Shown: piece by piece, positions 1 to 8,308 of the stretch
Layout of the letters: every line of letters begins with the position of its first letter
Numbering within the stretch: position 1 is the stretch's first letter
From: Candidatus Heimdallarchaeota archaeon
GTDB lineage: Archaea; Asgardarchaeota; Heimdallarchaeia; Heimdallarchaeales; Kariarchaeaceae
Assembly (NCBI GenBank): GCA_030149205.1
Contig: JASBSB010000007.1
Coordinates: forward strand, 570,001 to 602,000
Direction of reading: 5' to 3'
Length of the DNA stretch: 32,000 nucleotides
Position numbers and translations under genes: made by a program
The notes under the pieces: generated by a model
Seen by the model: the letters and a program-made list of their open reading frames with translations, nothing else
The model's database searches: none
What the model was told of the DNA's origin: nothing

Positions 1-1365
1 TGAAAGGTTCATGATCAATTTTGCAGTTGATACAACCCCAAATTTAAAAAAATTTAGATCCAAATTCTCATTAGGTGCGTGATTGTTTTCGTCTGGCAAA
101 GCGTAAGGAACCAAAAAGCTTGGGATTTTGAGGTGTTCTGGAAACAGATAGATAGGAAGTGACCCCCCTAACCGTGGTACAATCAGGGGTTCCACTTCGA
201 ATCCACTCCTCACAGCATCAACAATGATATTTAGGTAAGGTGAACTGAGTGTAGAATTAACCGCCTCCATTGGTTGTTCCCACTCTATGCTGAAACTTCC
301 CTCTTTAATTTCGTGTTCTCTTTGCCAATTTGTGATAAAGGTCGAAATTAGTTCTTTCACCTCAGAAGACCTAAGATTTGGTACAAGCCTACAATCTATA
401 CTTGCCGTCACTTCAGAGGGTATAATGGTTCTTCTATCTAATTCCACTCCACCACCTCTGATTCCATTGATATTGAAAGTGGGTAAAAATTGATTCATTT
501 CCATCAAGCTTGCAGCTCTTATTGGTCTAGCCCTGTTGATACCTTTTTCCTCGATTATTTTGTCATAAATTTCTTTCAAATTCCTCAAAGCCTCCCTCTC
601 CTTACTGGTGGGTGGCAAAACCTTATCGTAAAAACCATGTATCTTAGACTCACCATCTGGATTTATCATATCTGTTAAGAGGTCAAGCATAGTTCGAATA
701 GATGATCTTGCCAAACCACCGAAATTACCTGAATGTATATCTTCCCTATTTAATTTCAATTTGATCTGAAATCCAAGAATTCCTCTGACTGATCCAACGA
801 CGCTTGGCTTATCCATACTTAGAGAAGGGCCATCCGAAATATAGACAAAATCAGCATGAAGCAGGTCACCATGATTGGCAAAGAAGTGTGGGAGTGAGTA
901 ACTCCCCACCTCTTCGTCACCATCTAAAACAAATTTTATGTTTATCTTATCAAAAACCTCAAGATATTTTTCATTCAGAAACCTAAGTGCTAAGATATGA
1001 GCATAATGTTGACCTTTGTTATCTGCTGACCCTCTCCCAAACAATTTGCCATTTTCGTCCCACGGAACAAATGGATCTTTTTTCCAAAGTGATAGATCAC
1101 CCTCAGGTTGTACATCATAATGACCATATACCAAAATAGTTGGGTTCTCAGGTGACGAAAGCCTTTCACCAAAAACCACAGGGTTCCCATTCGTCTCATA
1201 AAGCCTAGTCTTAAGATTACAACTCTCTAGTAATGATTTAGCATATTTAGCACATTCTAAGACTTCTTCTTTATGTTTGGATCGGCTTTTCAATTTGATA
1301 TATGTTTTTAATTCCTTTTTATATTCCGTTTTATCTATCCATTCAAGCACTTCTTGTCTAAGCAT
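1..1365 (-). CDS. M20/M25/M40 family metallopeptidase (dipeptidase-like), 3' end truncated by the window edge
   Basis: Not in the ORF track because the stop is off-window. Manual translation from ATG 1365 (MLRQEVLEW...) gave no stops in the stretches read and the motifs LVYGHYDVQP, GRGSADNKGQ, DGDEEVGS, HSGNFGG, GGSLP and HAPNENL. The last motif shows the gene is almost complete. Confidence 0.93.
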   Translation of the reverse strand, partial: MLRQEVLEWIDKTEYKKELKTYIKLKSRSKHKEEVLECAKYAKSLLESCNLKTRLYETNGNPVVFGERLSSPENPTILVYGHYDVQPEGDLSLWKKDPFVPWDENGKLFGRGSADNKGQHYAHILALRFLNEKYLEVFDKINIKFVLDGDEEVGSYSLPHFFANHGDLLHADFVYISDGPSLSMDKPSVVGSVRGILGFQIKLKLNREDIHSGNFGGLARSSIRTMLDLLTDMINPDGESKIHGFYDKVLPPTSKEREALRNLKEIYDKIIEEKGINRARPIRAASLMEMNQFLPTFNINGIRGGGVELDRRTIIPSEVTASIDCRLVPNLRSSEVKELISTFITNWQREHEIKEGSFSIEWEQPMEAVNSTLSSPYLNIIVDAVRSGFEVEPLIVPRLGGSLPIYLFPEHLKIPSFLVPYALPDENNHAPNENLDLNFFKFGVVSTAKLIMNLS

Positions 1366-1494
1366 ATACTCTCAGAGTAAGAGAATTTTATAATTCTTCT
1401 GCATTGGCTAATATTTGAAAAAAAATGCAAATTTAGAGAAAGAGAAACGGTTAAATACTGGCATAAAATACTAAACCATCATATAGGTGATACT

Positions 1495-1869
1495 ATGGAT
1501 GAGGAATGTTATTCAGATCATTTAGAATTTCCAGTAACAGATATTCTTGAAGCTAAGGAATTCTATTCAGAGGTTTTTGGATGGGGAGACAAGATGCAGG
1601 ACTGGGGAGATGAATATGTACTTGTAACGGTTAAACCTGACACCCCAAGTTTTGGAATTGGTCTGGTGAAAAAGATGCCTAAAGAGAAAAATCAGGTGAT
1701 AATAGTTATGCGAACACCAGATATTGAGGAGACCCTAAAGAGGGTTAAAAAAGCAGGTGGCAAGATCACTCGAGAAAAGTTTGAGATTGATCCGGAGGTT
1801 GGGCATGGTGCTTATTTTGAGGATATCTTCGGAAATGTCTGGGGGCTTCATTCACCCCCAAAACAATAA
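1495..1869 (+). CDS. VOC/glyoxalase/bleomycin-resistance family protein
   Basis: HLEFPVTDILEAKEFYSEVFGW ... GGKIT ... YFEDIFGNVWGL; AGGTGA ribosome-binding site just upstream. Confidence 0.88.
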   Translation: MDEECYSDHLEFPVTDILEAKEFYSEVFGWGDKMQDWGDEYVLVTVKPDTPSFGIGLVKKMPKEKNQVIIVMRTPDIEETLKRVKKAGGKITREKFEIDPEVGHGAYFEDIFGNVWGLHSPPKQ

Positions 1870-1951
1870 GTGGTTGTCAACTATAGGAAATTATCAGAAA
1901 AATATGCCTTGATTAAGTGAGTTTAAAAATTCATCTTATCTCAGACTCGTA

Positions 1952-3124
1952 ATGCTATCTGACGTCACAGAAGTTTGGAAACAAATTCAAATAAATTTTA
2001 AATTTTCCTTTACGTTGTTTGTGTTTACCATAATCCTAGGTATTTGGAACAGCGAATCCCCTGCAACTCTCCCAGCAGGCTTTTTACTTATTCATATTCA
2101 CACAGGTACCCTCGCCTGGATCTTTTTCCTTTTATTTACGTTATTTGTAAAATATGCCAATGATTTATCCGAACTGACTGAAAAACAATTAAAGCAGTTC
2201 AAGATGTTTTCTTACTACAACATTGTTGTATTTACACTTTATATTCTTAGTTTCTACTTAGCCTTAAATTTCAACAGTTTAGTTATGTTATTGGCTATAA
2301 TGGCACTACTGGCCTGGGGTGGGATTGTACAGGCAGCAGTACTCACATTCACAATTCTAAGAGGTTTATCAAAGAAGAATACTGGCTTTTATGAGGTTTT
2401 TGCCTCAATGGTCATGGCAGTCTTAGCTGGGGCAGTTGGACTAGAACGAGCAGTCATGCTTGGTTTAAACCGTATGGGTTCTGGTACAGGAGATATCGCA
2501 CTGAGTCATGCAGTTTTTATGAACGTTGGACTTGTTCTTCTTGGTGTTATCGGTTTTCTTCACCTTGCTCTAATTTCTAGAGAAAATTCATTCCTAGGTA
2601 AAATCGAAATGTATTCTCTTATCTTTGCGGCTGTAATGCTTAGTACTTCTTATCGGGTTTATTCCATCCCAATGTTTGTGGTAGGGTATATTCTCTTACT
2701 TTTAGGTCTTGGCCTGTTTTTCTTAGCTTTGATAAAGGAGGGAAACTTATTTGGAAAACTAATGGAAGTTGGAGAGAGCTATCTTGGATGGTCAACCTTG
2801 TTCATAATCATTTATTTTGGAATTCAAACCTACATTTTAACTCTACTACTCAATTCTGGCTTTCCTCTTGTATCAAATATTAACACAGCAGCTTTTCATA
2901 GCTTATATTTGGGTGTGGCTACCAATTTTCTCCTTGGTGCATTTGTGGTTGATTATCTCTCAGAATTAAAGATGTCTAAAATTGTTCTAGCTCTTGTGAT
3001 AATCTTCAATCTTTCATTGTTAGGGTTTATCATTAGTTTACTCTTGAGTACATCATTACATATCGCAGCTCTCATGGGAATAGCATTGTTAATACTGATA
3101 GGTTATTACTTTTCTCAATCATAA
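1952..3124 (+). CDS. Polytopic membrane protein (about 12 TM) of unknown function with three His-containing helices
   Basis: 390 aa, highly hydrophobic; HIHTGTLAW (H48/H50), SHAVFMNVG (H186), FHSLYLG (H316). Confidence 0.7.
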   Translation: MLSDVTEVWKQIQINFKFSFTLFVFTIILGIWNSESPATLPAGFLLIHIHTGTLAWIFFLLFTLFVKYANDLSELTEKQLKQFKMFSYYNIVVFTLYILSFYLALNFNSLVMLLAIMALLAWGGIVQAAVLTFTILRGLSKKNTGFYEVFASMVMAVLAGAVGLERAVMLGLNRMGSGTGDIALSHAVFMNVGLVLLGVIGFLHLALISRENSFLGKIEMYSLIFAAVMLSTSYRVYSIPMFVVGYILLLLGLGLFFLALIKEGNLFGKLMEVGESYLGWSTLFIIIYFGIQTYILTLLLNSGFPLVSNINTAAFHSLYLGVATNFLLGAFVVDYLSELKMSKIVLALVIIFNLSLLGFIISLLLSTSLHIAALMGIALLILIGYYFSQS

Positions 3125-3197
3125 AATATTGTAACTGAATATTTGATACATCTTTGGACTGAAACATATTTAACATAAAGTTTAAACCCTTAAGTAA

Positions 3198-3614
3198 ATG
3201 AACAAAAAAGTTCTTTTTATCTGTACGCATAATTCCGCCCGTTCTCAGATGGCTGAGGGATTAACCAATCATTTCTTTCCAGATGTTCAAGCCTTTAGTG
3301 CAGGAACAGAAAAGACTCGTGTGAAACCTGAAGCAATAGAGGCACTGAAAGAAATTGATATAGATATCAGCCACCACACCTCCAAAACGACCGAGGCCTT
3401 TCTTAATGATCAATTTGATCTGGTTGTCACTGTCTGTGATAGCGCAAAGGAATCTTGCCCTTTCTTCCCAAATGCAAAATTGCGGGCTCATGCTGGGTTT
3501 AAAGATCCCTCTGATATTACAGATCCGAAGGAGAGACTTTTAGCATTTAAAAGAACCCGAGATGAGATTTTAGACTGGTTACATGATAACCTTATGGATT
3601 TACTCGAGGACTGA
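3198..3614 (+). CDS. arsC: Arsenate reductase, thioredoxin-coupled LMW-PTP type
   Basis: CTHNSARSQMAE P-loop, TVCDSAKESCPFFP resolving-cysteine segment, DP motif. Confidence 0.88.
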   Translation: MNKKVLFICTHNSARSQMAEGLTNHFFPDVQAFSAGTEKTRVKPEAIEALKEIDIDISHHTSKTTEAFLNDQFDLVVTVCDSAKESCPFFPNAKLRAHAGFKDPSDITDPKERLLAFKRTRDEILDWLHDNLMDLLED

Positions 3615-4590
3615 AAAACTGAAGAAATACATCCCACGTTAACTTACTAGTCATTAGATCATATTTTGCATCAAAATTTGGGGATGTACACCCTGGGGAA
3701 ATAACTCTAACAAATTGAAATCTGATAGTATGGTTGTTTTTCTCCGCATTCAACATCATTTTATAATCATTGATTGAATCCCCAAACATCACAAGCTGTC
3801 TGATTTCTGGATTCTGGTAAATAAGTTGGTTTAAGGCATAAGGATTAGGTTTAAGCAGGCTTTGTCCATTTTCAACACAATTTTCTATGAAGAATCGAGA
3901 ATCTGGCAAGAATAAATCTTCAATCATATTACTCTCAAGAAATAAGTCTAAATCAACCTTGGGTCTTCCAGTTACCACAGCAAGCTTTACCATTGAAGAG
4001 AGCCTCCTCAAATCATTAAAGTCAACCAATAATTGTTCCTTCATGTACAAGGGGTCCGGGTTAAGGTGTTTCAGATAAGGTATGTTTCCATAAATTTTCT
4101 CAAACATCTCATTACCGTAATAAAACTGCTGGAAAATGTTTTCCAATAAATTTGTTGCCAAAATATCACCATTGTTTTTGAGAAAGACCGGTGGATTAGC
4201 TTGAATTAGGGATAAGTAGCTCTCAGGTTTTGATCCAACTCCATTCAAAAATATCTGAAATTTCTTTACAAAGTCTCCTGTAAGATTTTGTTCTTTGAAA
4301 TTCATCTTTTCATACTTTAATCTATCGAATCGACTGTTATTCCCAGATACAATAGAGATCATAAACAGAATAAACAATGATGCAACATCATAATCTGAAT
4401 TGAATCCTTCAATCTCTTTCACCCTGCAATAATCATCGAGGTTAAAGAGTATATCTGGGATGTTGTTCCATCCTAAGACCTCTGTAAGATAAGTTTCAGC
4501 GGTCTTAATAGCAGCTACACCATAAGAATGCAATGTGCTGACTAAGGTCTCATCCACATCAAATACAAACATGGTGTCAAAATCAGGCAA
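3592..4590 (-). CDS. HAD-superfamily hydrolase (subfamily IA-like); candidate histidinol-phosphate phosphatase
   Basis: Motif I FDVDETL, motif II VVTGRP, motif III LKPNP, motif IV FGDSIND. Start is TTG 4590 or ATG 4572. Confidence 0.85.
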   Translation of the reverse strand: MPDFDTMFVFDVDETLVSTLHSYGVAAIKTAETYLTEVLGWNNIPDILFNLDDYCRVKEIEGFNSDYDVASLFILFMISIVSGNNSRFDRLKYEKMNFKEQNLTGDFVKKFQIFLNGVGSKPESYLSLIQANPPVFLKNNGDILATNLLENIFQQFYYGNEMFEKIYGNIPYLKHLNPDPLYMKEQLLVDFNDLRRLSSMVKLAVVTGRPKVDLDLFLESNMIEDLFLPDSRFFIENCVENGQSLLKPNPYALNQLIYQNPEIRQLVMFGDSINDYKMMLNAEKNNHTIRFQFVRVISPGCTSPNFDAKYDLMTSKLTWDVFLQFFSPRVNP

Positions 4591-4680
4591 TGTTAATTTT
4601 TTAATGTAAACATCTGTTAATTAGGTTCCTATTCACTCATAACTAATCAAAAAAGATGTTCGTTCTTTGTTTGTTAGACA

Positions 4681-4698
4681 AGAAACAAGTGTTTAAAT
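4681..4698 (+). promoter_or_regulatory. Putative BRE/TATA promoter for the his leader and operon
   Basis: Purine-rich AGAAACAAG followed by TTTAAAT (4692-4698), about 25 nt before ATG 4724; spacing fits a leaderless start at the upstream ORF. Confidence 0.45.
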
Positions 4699-4723
4699 CT
4701 TAGTATGAGCAGAACATATTAAC

Positions 4724-4825
4724 ATGAAATGTGGCATTATCAAAGCAAGAGGAAATTTGAACAGTCGAATTCAGAATCTAATTGACCTGGTAAGCCACCA
4801 TCATCATATACATCATCATTTATAA
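4724..4825 (+). CDS. Putative histidine leader peptide (hisL-like upstream ORF), 33 aa: MKCGIIKARGNLNSRIQNLIDLVSHHHHIHHHL
   Basis: Read by hand: ATG 4724, then ...AGC CAC CAT CAT CAT ATA CAT CAT CAT TTA TAA. Seven of the last nine sense codons are His, and the stop is 94 nt before the first his gene. An alternative TTG start at 4757 follows AGAGGA. Confidence 0.75.
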   Translation: MKCGIIKARGNLNSRIQNLIDLVSHHHHIHHHL

Positions 4826-4880
4826 TTTAACGAACTGCATAAAAGAATCAAAAATTATTTTCTATAAAACCAATGTTTGA

Positions 4881-4909
4881 TCTTCTCTGGCTGATAATGC
4901 CACAGAAGA
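4881..4909 (+). promoter_or_regulatory. Stem-loop abutting the hisIE ribosome-binding site
   Basis: TCTTCT-C-TGGC/TGATAAT/GCCA-C-AGAAGA: 10 bp with one mismatch and a 7-nt loop. The 3' arm overlaps GAAGGT (4908-4913); ATG is at 4920. No U-tract follows. Confidence 0.45.
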
Positions 4910-4919
4910 AGGTACCAAC

Positions 4920-5972
4920 ATGATATCGTTAGTCATAGAACAGAATCTTTACGCTTCACTAGAACCTAATATTCGAGAGGTTCTATATATCTGCTTCCCA
5001 CTCACAATTGAAAAGGGGTCTGCTTCATATCCTCTTCCGGAAGATTTCAAAGTTAGATCTGAGAAAAGCCCTGAAGATTGGATAAAAGTCGGAGCAACGG
5101 AAATTTATCTCGATAATACTCAAGAGACGAACTATGGACAATGGAAAGAGATCTACAGTATCGAAGATTTGAAAAATCTCGTCAATCACATCTCAGTCCC
5201 AACAGTAGTTGATTTTCAATCTACTAATTTTGACCCTGTGCTCCTTGAACAATCAATCAAGAATCTACCATCTTTAATCCCTGTAACAATAGTGTTTGAT
5301 TATAAATCGTTAGATACTCTTTTAACCCTTATATCACTGGATCTCGATCTAGGGATACGTGTAAGAAATACTCAAAGCATTACTGAATTGTTGAGGAATT
5401 ATACAAACCTTCTGAAATTTAATTCTGAGAAATTGATTCCTACTGTCACCTTAGATCAAGACTCTCGCTTTCTTATGATGGCCTACTCAAGCCGTGAATC
5501 AGTAGATCTTACAATTGACACTAGGTATGCAACTTATTTCAGTCGATCCAGATCAAGACTTTGGAAAAAGGGTGAAACCTCAGGAAACTTACAACAGATC
5601 ACTAAGATTAGGATGGACTGTGATAGGGATACCTTGGTCTTCTATACCACCCCTCTTGGTCCAGCTTGTCACAGAGGCACATACAGTTGCATTGGAGGGA
5701 AGCAGTTAAGATATAAGGATTTCTTTACAAGAGTCCAAAAGAGAATTATAAACCCAGATCCCAATTCTTATACTCAGAGGTTGATCAAAGATCCAAAACT
5801 TCTTTCAGACAAGATAGCAGAAGAGAGTAACGAAGTAATAAATTACACAGACAAAATGAACTTAGTTTGGGAGATTGCTGACCTCACATATTTTGTATCT
5901 GTACTTATGATCAGGGAAGGTATACGGGCAAAAAACGTTTTACGTGAATTGAAATCTAGGGAGAGAAATTAG
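4920..5972 (+). CDS. hisIE: Bifunctional phosphoribosyl-AMP cyclohydrolase/phosphoribosyl-ATP pyrophosphatase with an N-terminal extra domain of about 170 aa
   Basis: HisI motifs YFSRSRSRLWKKGETSGN, DCDRDTL, ACHRGTYSC; HisE motifs SYTQRL, KIAEESNE, WEIADLTYF. Confidence 0.95.
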   Translation: MISLVIEQNLYASLEPNIREVLYICFPLTIEKGSASYPLPEDFKVRSEKSPEDWIKVGATEIYLDNTQETNYGQWKEIYSIEDLKNLVNHISVPTVVDFQSTNFDPVLLEQSIKNLPSLIPVTIVFDYKSLDTLLTLISLDLDLGIRVRNTQSITELLRNYTNLLKFNSEKLIPTVTLDQDSRFLMMAYSSRESVDLTIDTRYATYFSRSRSRLWKKGETSGNLQQITKIRMDCDRDTLVFYTTPLGPACHRGTYSCIGGKQLRYKDFFTRVQKRIINPDPNSYTQRLIKDPKLLSDKIAEESNEVINYTDKMNLVWEIADLTYFVSVLMIREGIRAKNVLRELKSRERN

Positions 5973-5974
5973 CT

Positions 5975-6967
5975 ATGAATGGTAAGACAAGTTCAACAAT
6001 TAAAATTGGCATTCCATCTAAAGGGAGAATGGGAGAAGAAACCATTGAGTTCCTCAAAAAATGTGGTTTGGAAGTAAAGAGAACAAGACGTAACTATTTT
6101 GCTTCTATTCCAGCCTATCCTGACATCAAGGTGGTTTTACAAAGGCAAGAAGACATTGTAAAAGGGGTCACCTCAGGTCTGCTTGAGATGGGTATCATCG
6201 GATTTGATTTATATACTGAAATTTTGAATAGTGAGGAGAAGAGACAAACAATAGTATTGTTTGACGACCTTGAGTTTGGAAAATGTGACTTAGCAATCGC
6301 AGTTCCTGAGGAATGGGAAATTTCTGATATTACAGAATTTGATCGGTCAAAGGGGTATAGAGTTGCAACAAAATTCACTAACACAACCCAGGAATTTTTG
6401 GATACGCAAAATATCGCTTTTCAATTTGTTGAAGGTGCAGGAACACTCGAAATCTCACCAGCTTTGGGAAATGCAGATTTCATTGTTGATTTGGTATCAA
6501 CGGGCCAAACGCTCAAAGATAACAGGTTGAAACAGATTAACAACGGAAAGATACTCAGTTCACAAGCGATATTTGTTGGAAACAGGACAATCCTGAAATC
6601 AACCCCTGAGGCTTTACACATAGCTAGCGATTTAATAGAAATATTTGCCGCAACATTAAGAGCAGAAAAATTTGTATCTGTATTTGTTAATATGAGGGGA
6701 AATAACAGGCAGGAGATAATTGATCAATTTTTTACTGTGGATGGATTAGAGGGTTTACAAGGTCCTACAGTGTCAGATGTATACACAAAGGACAACGGGG
6801 ACTGGTTTGCGGTTCATCTTGTGGTGGCAAAGAGAAACTTACTCACAGCAATAAAAAACATCAGACAACTCGGAGGTTCTGGGGTTGTTGTTTCGGAGAC
6901 TAATTATATCTTTGAGGAGGAACCAAAGCAGTACACTCTCCTTAAAGAACAGCTTAGGGGTGAATAA
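5975..6967 (+). CDS. hisG: ATP phosphoribosyltransferase, long form
   Basis: GIPSKGRM, VATKF, GTLEISPALGNADFIVDLVSTGQTLKDNRL; C-terminal regulatory domain GLQGPTVS...GGSGV. Confidence 0.96.
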   Translation: MNGKTSSTIKIGIPSKGRMGEETIEFLKKCGLEVKRTRRNYFASIPAYPDIKVVLQRQEDIVKGVTSGLLEMGIIGFDLYTEILNSEEKRQTIVLFDDLEFGKCDLAIAVPEEWEISDITEFDRSKGYRVATKFTNTTQEFLDTQNIAFQFVEGAGTLEISPALGNADFIVDLVSTGQTLKDNRLKQINNGKILSSQAIFVGNRTILKSTPEALHIASDLIEIFAATLRAEKFVSVFVNMRGNNRQEIIDQFFTVDGLEGLQGPTVSDVYTKDNGDWFAVHLVVAKRNLLTAIKNIRQLGGSGVVVSETNYIFEEEPKQYTLLKEQLRGE

Positions 6968-8308
6968 ATGAAGATACTAAACGTTGATGAGGCTCGTAAG
7001 AGCATATTACTAAGAAGGCCTCTGATTGATTATGAATTGCCAGACAGACTAAAAGATGCGATTAAATCAATCTTTGGAAAAGATCTGGATGCAAGGGGTG
7101 TTGTGCTTCAAATAATTGATGATGTTATAAATGATGGAGATAAGGCACTAAAAGACCTAACCAACAGAATTGATGGTGTTCAGATGTCGAATTTCAAAGT
7201 TCAGAGTGATGAATTTGAGAATGCTGAGTTTAACACAGAAAATGACATTTTAGTCGCATTAAAAGAATCAATAACCCGAGTATATAGATTTCATCAGCAA
7301 CAACCTGTTAACTCATGGGTTACTCAGGAGTTAGGTGGAACTCTTGGTCAACTTATACGACCAATTGAAAGAATTGGCTGTTATGTCCCAGGTGGCTCAG
7401 CTCCTCTTCCCTCAACAGTCATAATGAGTATAATTCCTGCAATTGTTGCGGGGGTTAAACAAATTGTTATCACAACTCCTCCTCAAAAATCTGGAGAAGT
7501 TTCCACAGTAATTCTTACAGCAGTGCAATTAATAAGAGAACAATTCCCTGATATAGAACTATCTTTATACAAGGTCGGTGGTGCTCAAGCAATCGCTGCT
7601 ATGGCGTTTGGAACACAAACAATCCCCAAGGTCGATAAAATAGTAGGGCCCGGTAATATTTTTGTCTCGATAGCAAAAAAAGAGGTATTTGGGGTTGTTG
7701 GAATTGATGGAATTGCTGGACCAACAGAGGCCATGATTCTTGCAGATGAATCTGTAAATGCTGATCTGATAGCTGCTGATCTTCTTGCACAGGCAGAACA
7801 TGATCCGATGGCAGTACCCATTCTGGTTACGACCAGCCTAGACTTTGCTTTACTGGTCAACAAATGTGTTGAGAAGCAAGTTGCAGACCTTTCCAGATCA
7901 GAGATAATCAAATCATCTATAAACAACAGGGGTGGAATCGTGTTAGTTGACAGCATTGAACAAGGAATTGTTATAGTCAACGAATTTGCACCAGAACATC
8001 TTTCACTTGCAGTGAAAGGTTATTGGGACATTATTCCCAAGATTCATAATGCTGGAGGTATATTTCTTGGTGAGCTTTCTTGTGAGGTTCTAGGTGATTA
8101 CATCGCGGGACCAAGCCATGTGATGCCCACAGGTGGTTCTGCTAAATATGCCTCACCTTTGAATATATTAGACTTTGTGAAGATCGTCAGTCTCGTTGGA
8201 CTCGATAAGTCAACAGTCCAAAAAATATCTACGCAAGCAGAAACAATAGCCCAATCCGAAAAGCTGACTGCACACGCAGCAGCAGCTAAACTTAGGAGTC
8301 AGATATAA
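6968..8308 (+). CDS. hisD: Histidinol dehydrogenase
   Basis: YVPGG, GGAQAIAAMAFGT, KIVGPGN, AGPTE, DLLAQAEHD, APEHL, GDYIAGPSHVMPT. Confidence 0.97.
   Translation: MKILNVDEARKSILLRRPLIDYELPDRLKDAIKSIFGKDLDARGVVLQIIDDVINDGDKALKDLTNRIDGVQMSNFKVQSDEFENAEFNTENDILVALKESITRVYRFHQQQPVNSWVTQELGGTLGQLIRPIERIGCYVPGGSAPLPSTVIMSIIPAIVAGVKQIVITTPPQKSGEVSTVILTAVQLIREQFPDIELSLYKVGGAQAIAAMAFGTQTIPKVDKIVGPGNIFVSIAKKEVFGVVGIDGIAGPTEAMILADESVNADLIAADLLAQAEHDPMAVPILVTTSLDFALLVNKCVEKQVADLSRSEIIKSSINNRGGIVLVDSIEQGIVIVNEFAPEHLSLAVKGYWDIIPKIHNAGGIFLGELSCEVLGDYIAGPSHVMPTGGSAKYASPLNILDFVKIVSLVGLDKSTVQKISTQAETIAQSEKLTAHAAAAKLRSQI

Noticed and set aside
1-1365. M20 peptidase as lysK
   Set aside because: YGHYDVQP/HSG/GGSLP/HAPNE motifs indicate the dipeptidase subgroup rather than LysK, and it lies about 17 kb from the operon on the other strand. 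It cannot be fully excluded without an assay.
3592-3614. Convergent 3' overlaps (arsC/HAD 23 nt; acylase/Eis 4 nt at 25588-25591) as antisense regulation
   Set aside because: Short tail-to-tail overlaps are common in compact genomes, and nothing else supports a function.
4826-4919. Classical Rho-independent attenuator terminator after the His leader
   Set aside because: No GC-rich hairpin followed by a U-tract is present, so I did not call a terminator; the regulatory output remains open.
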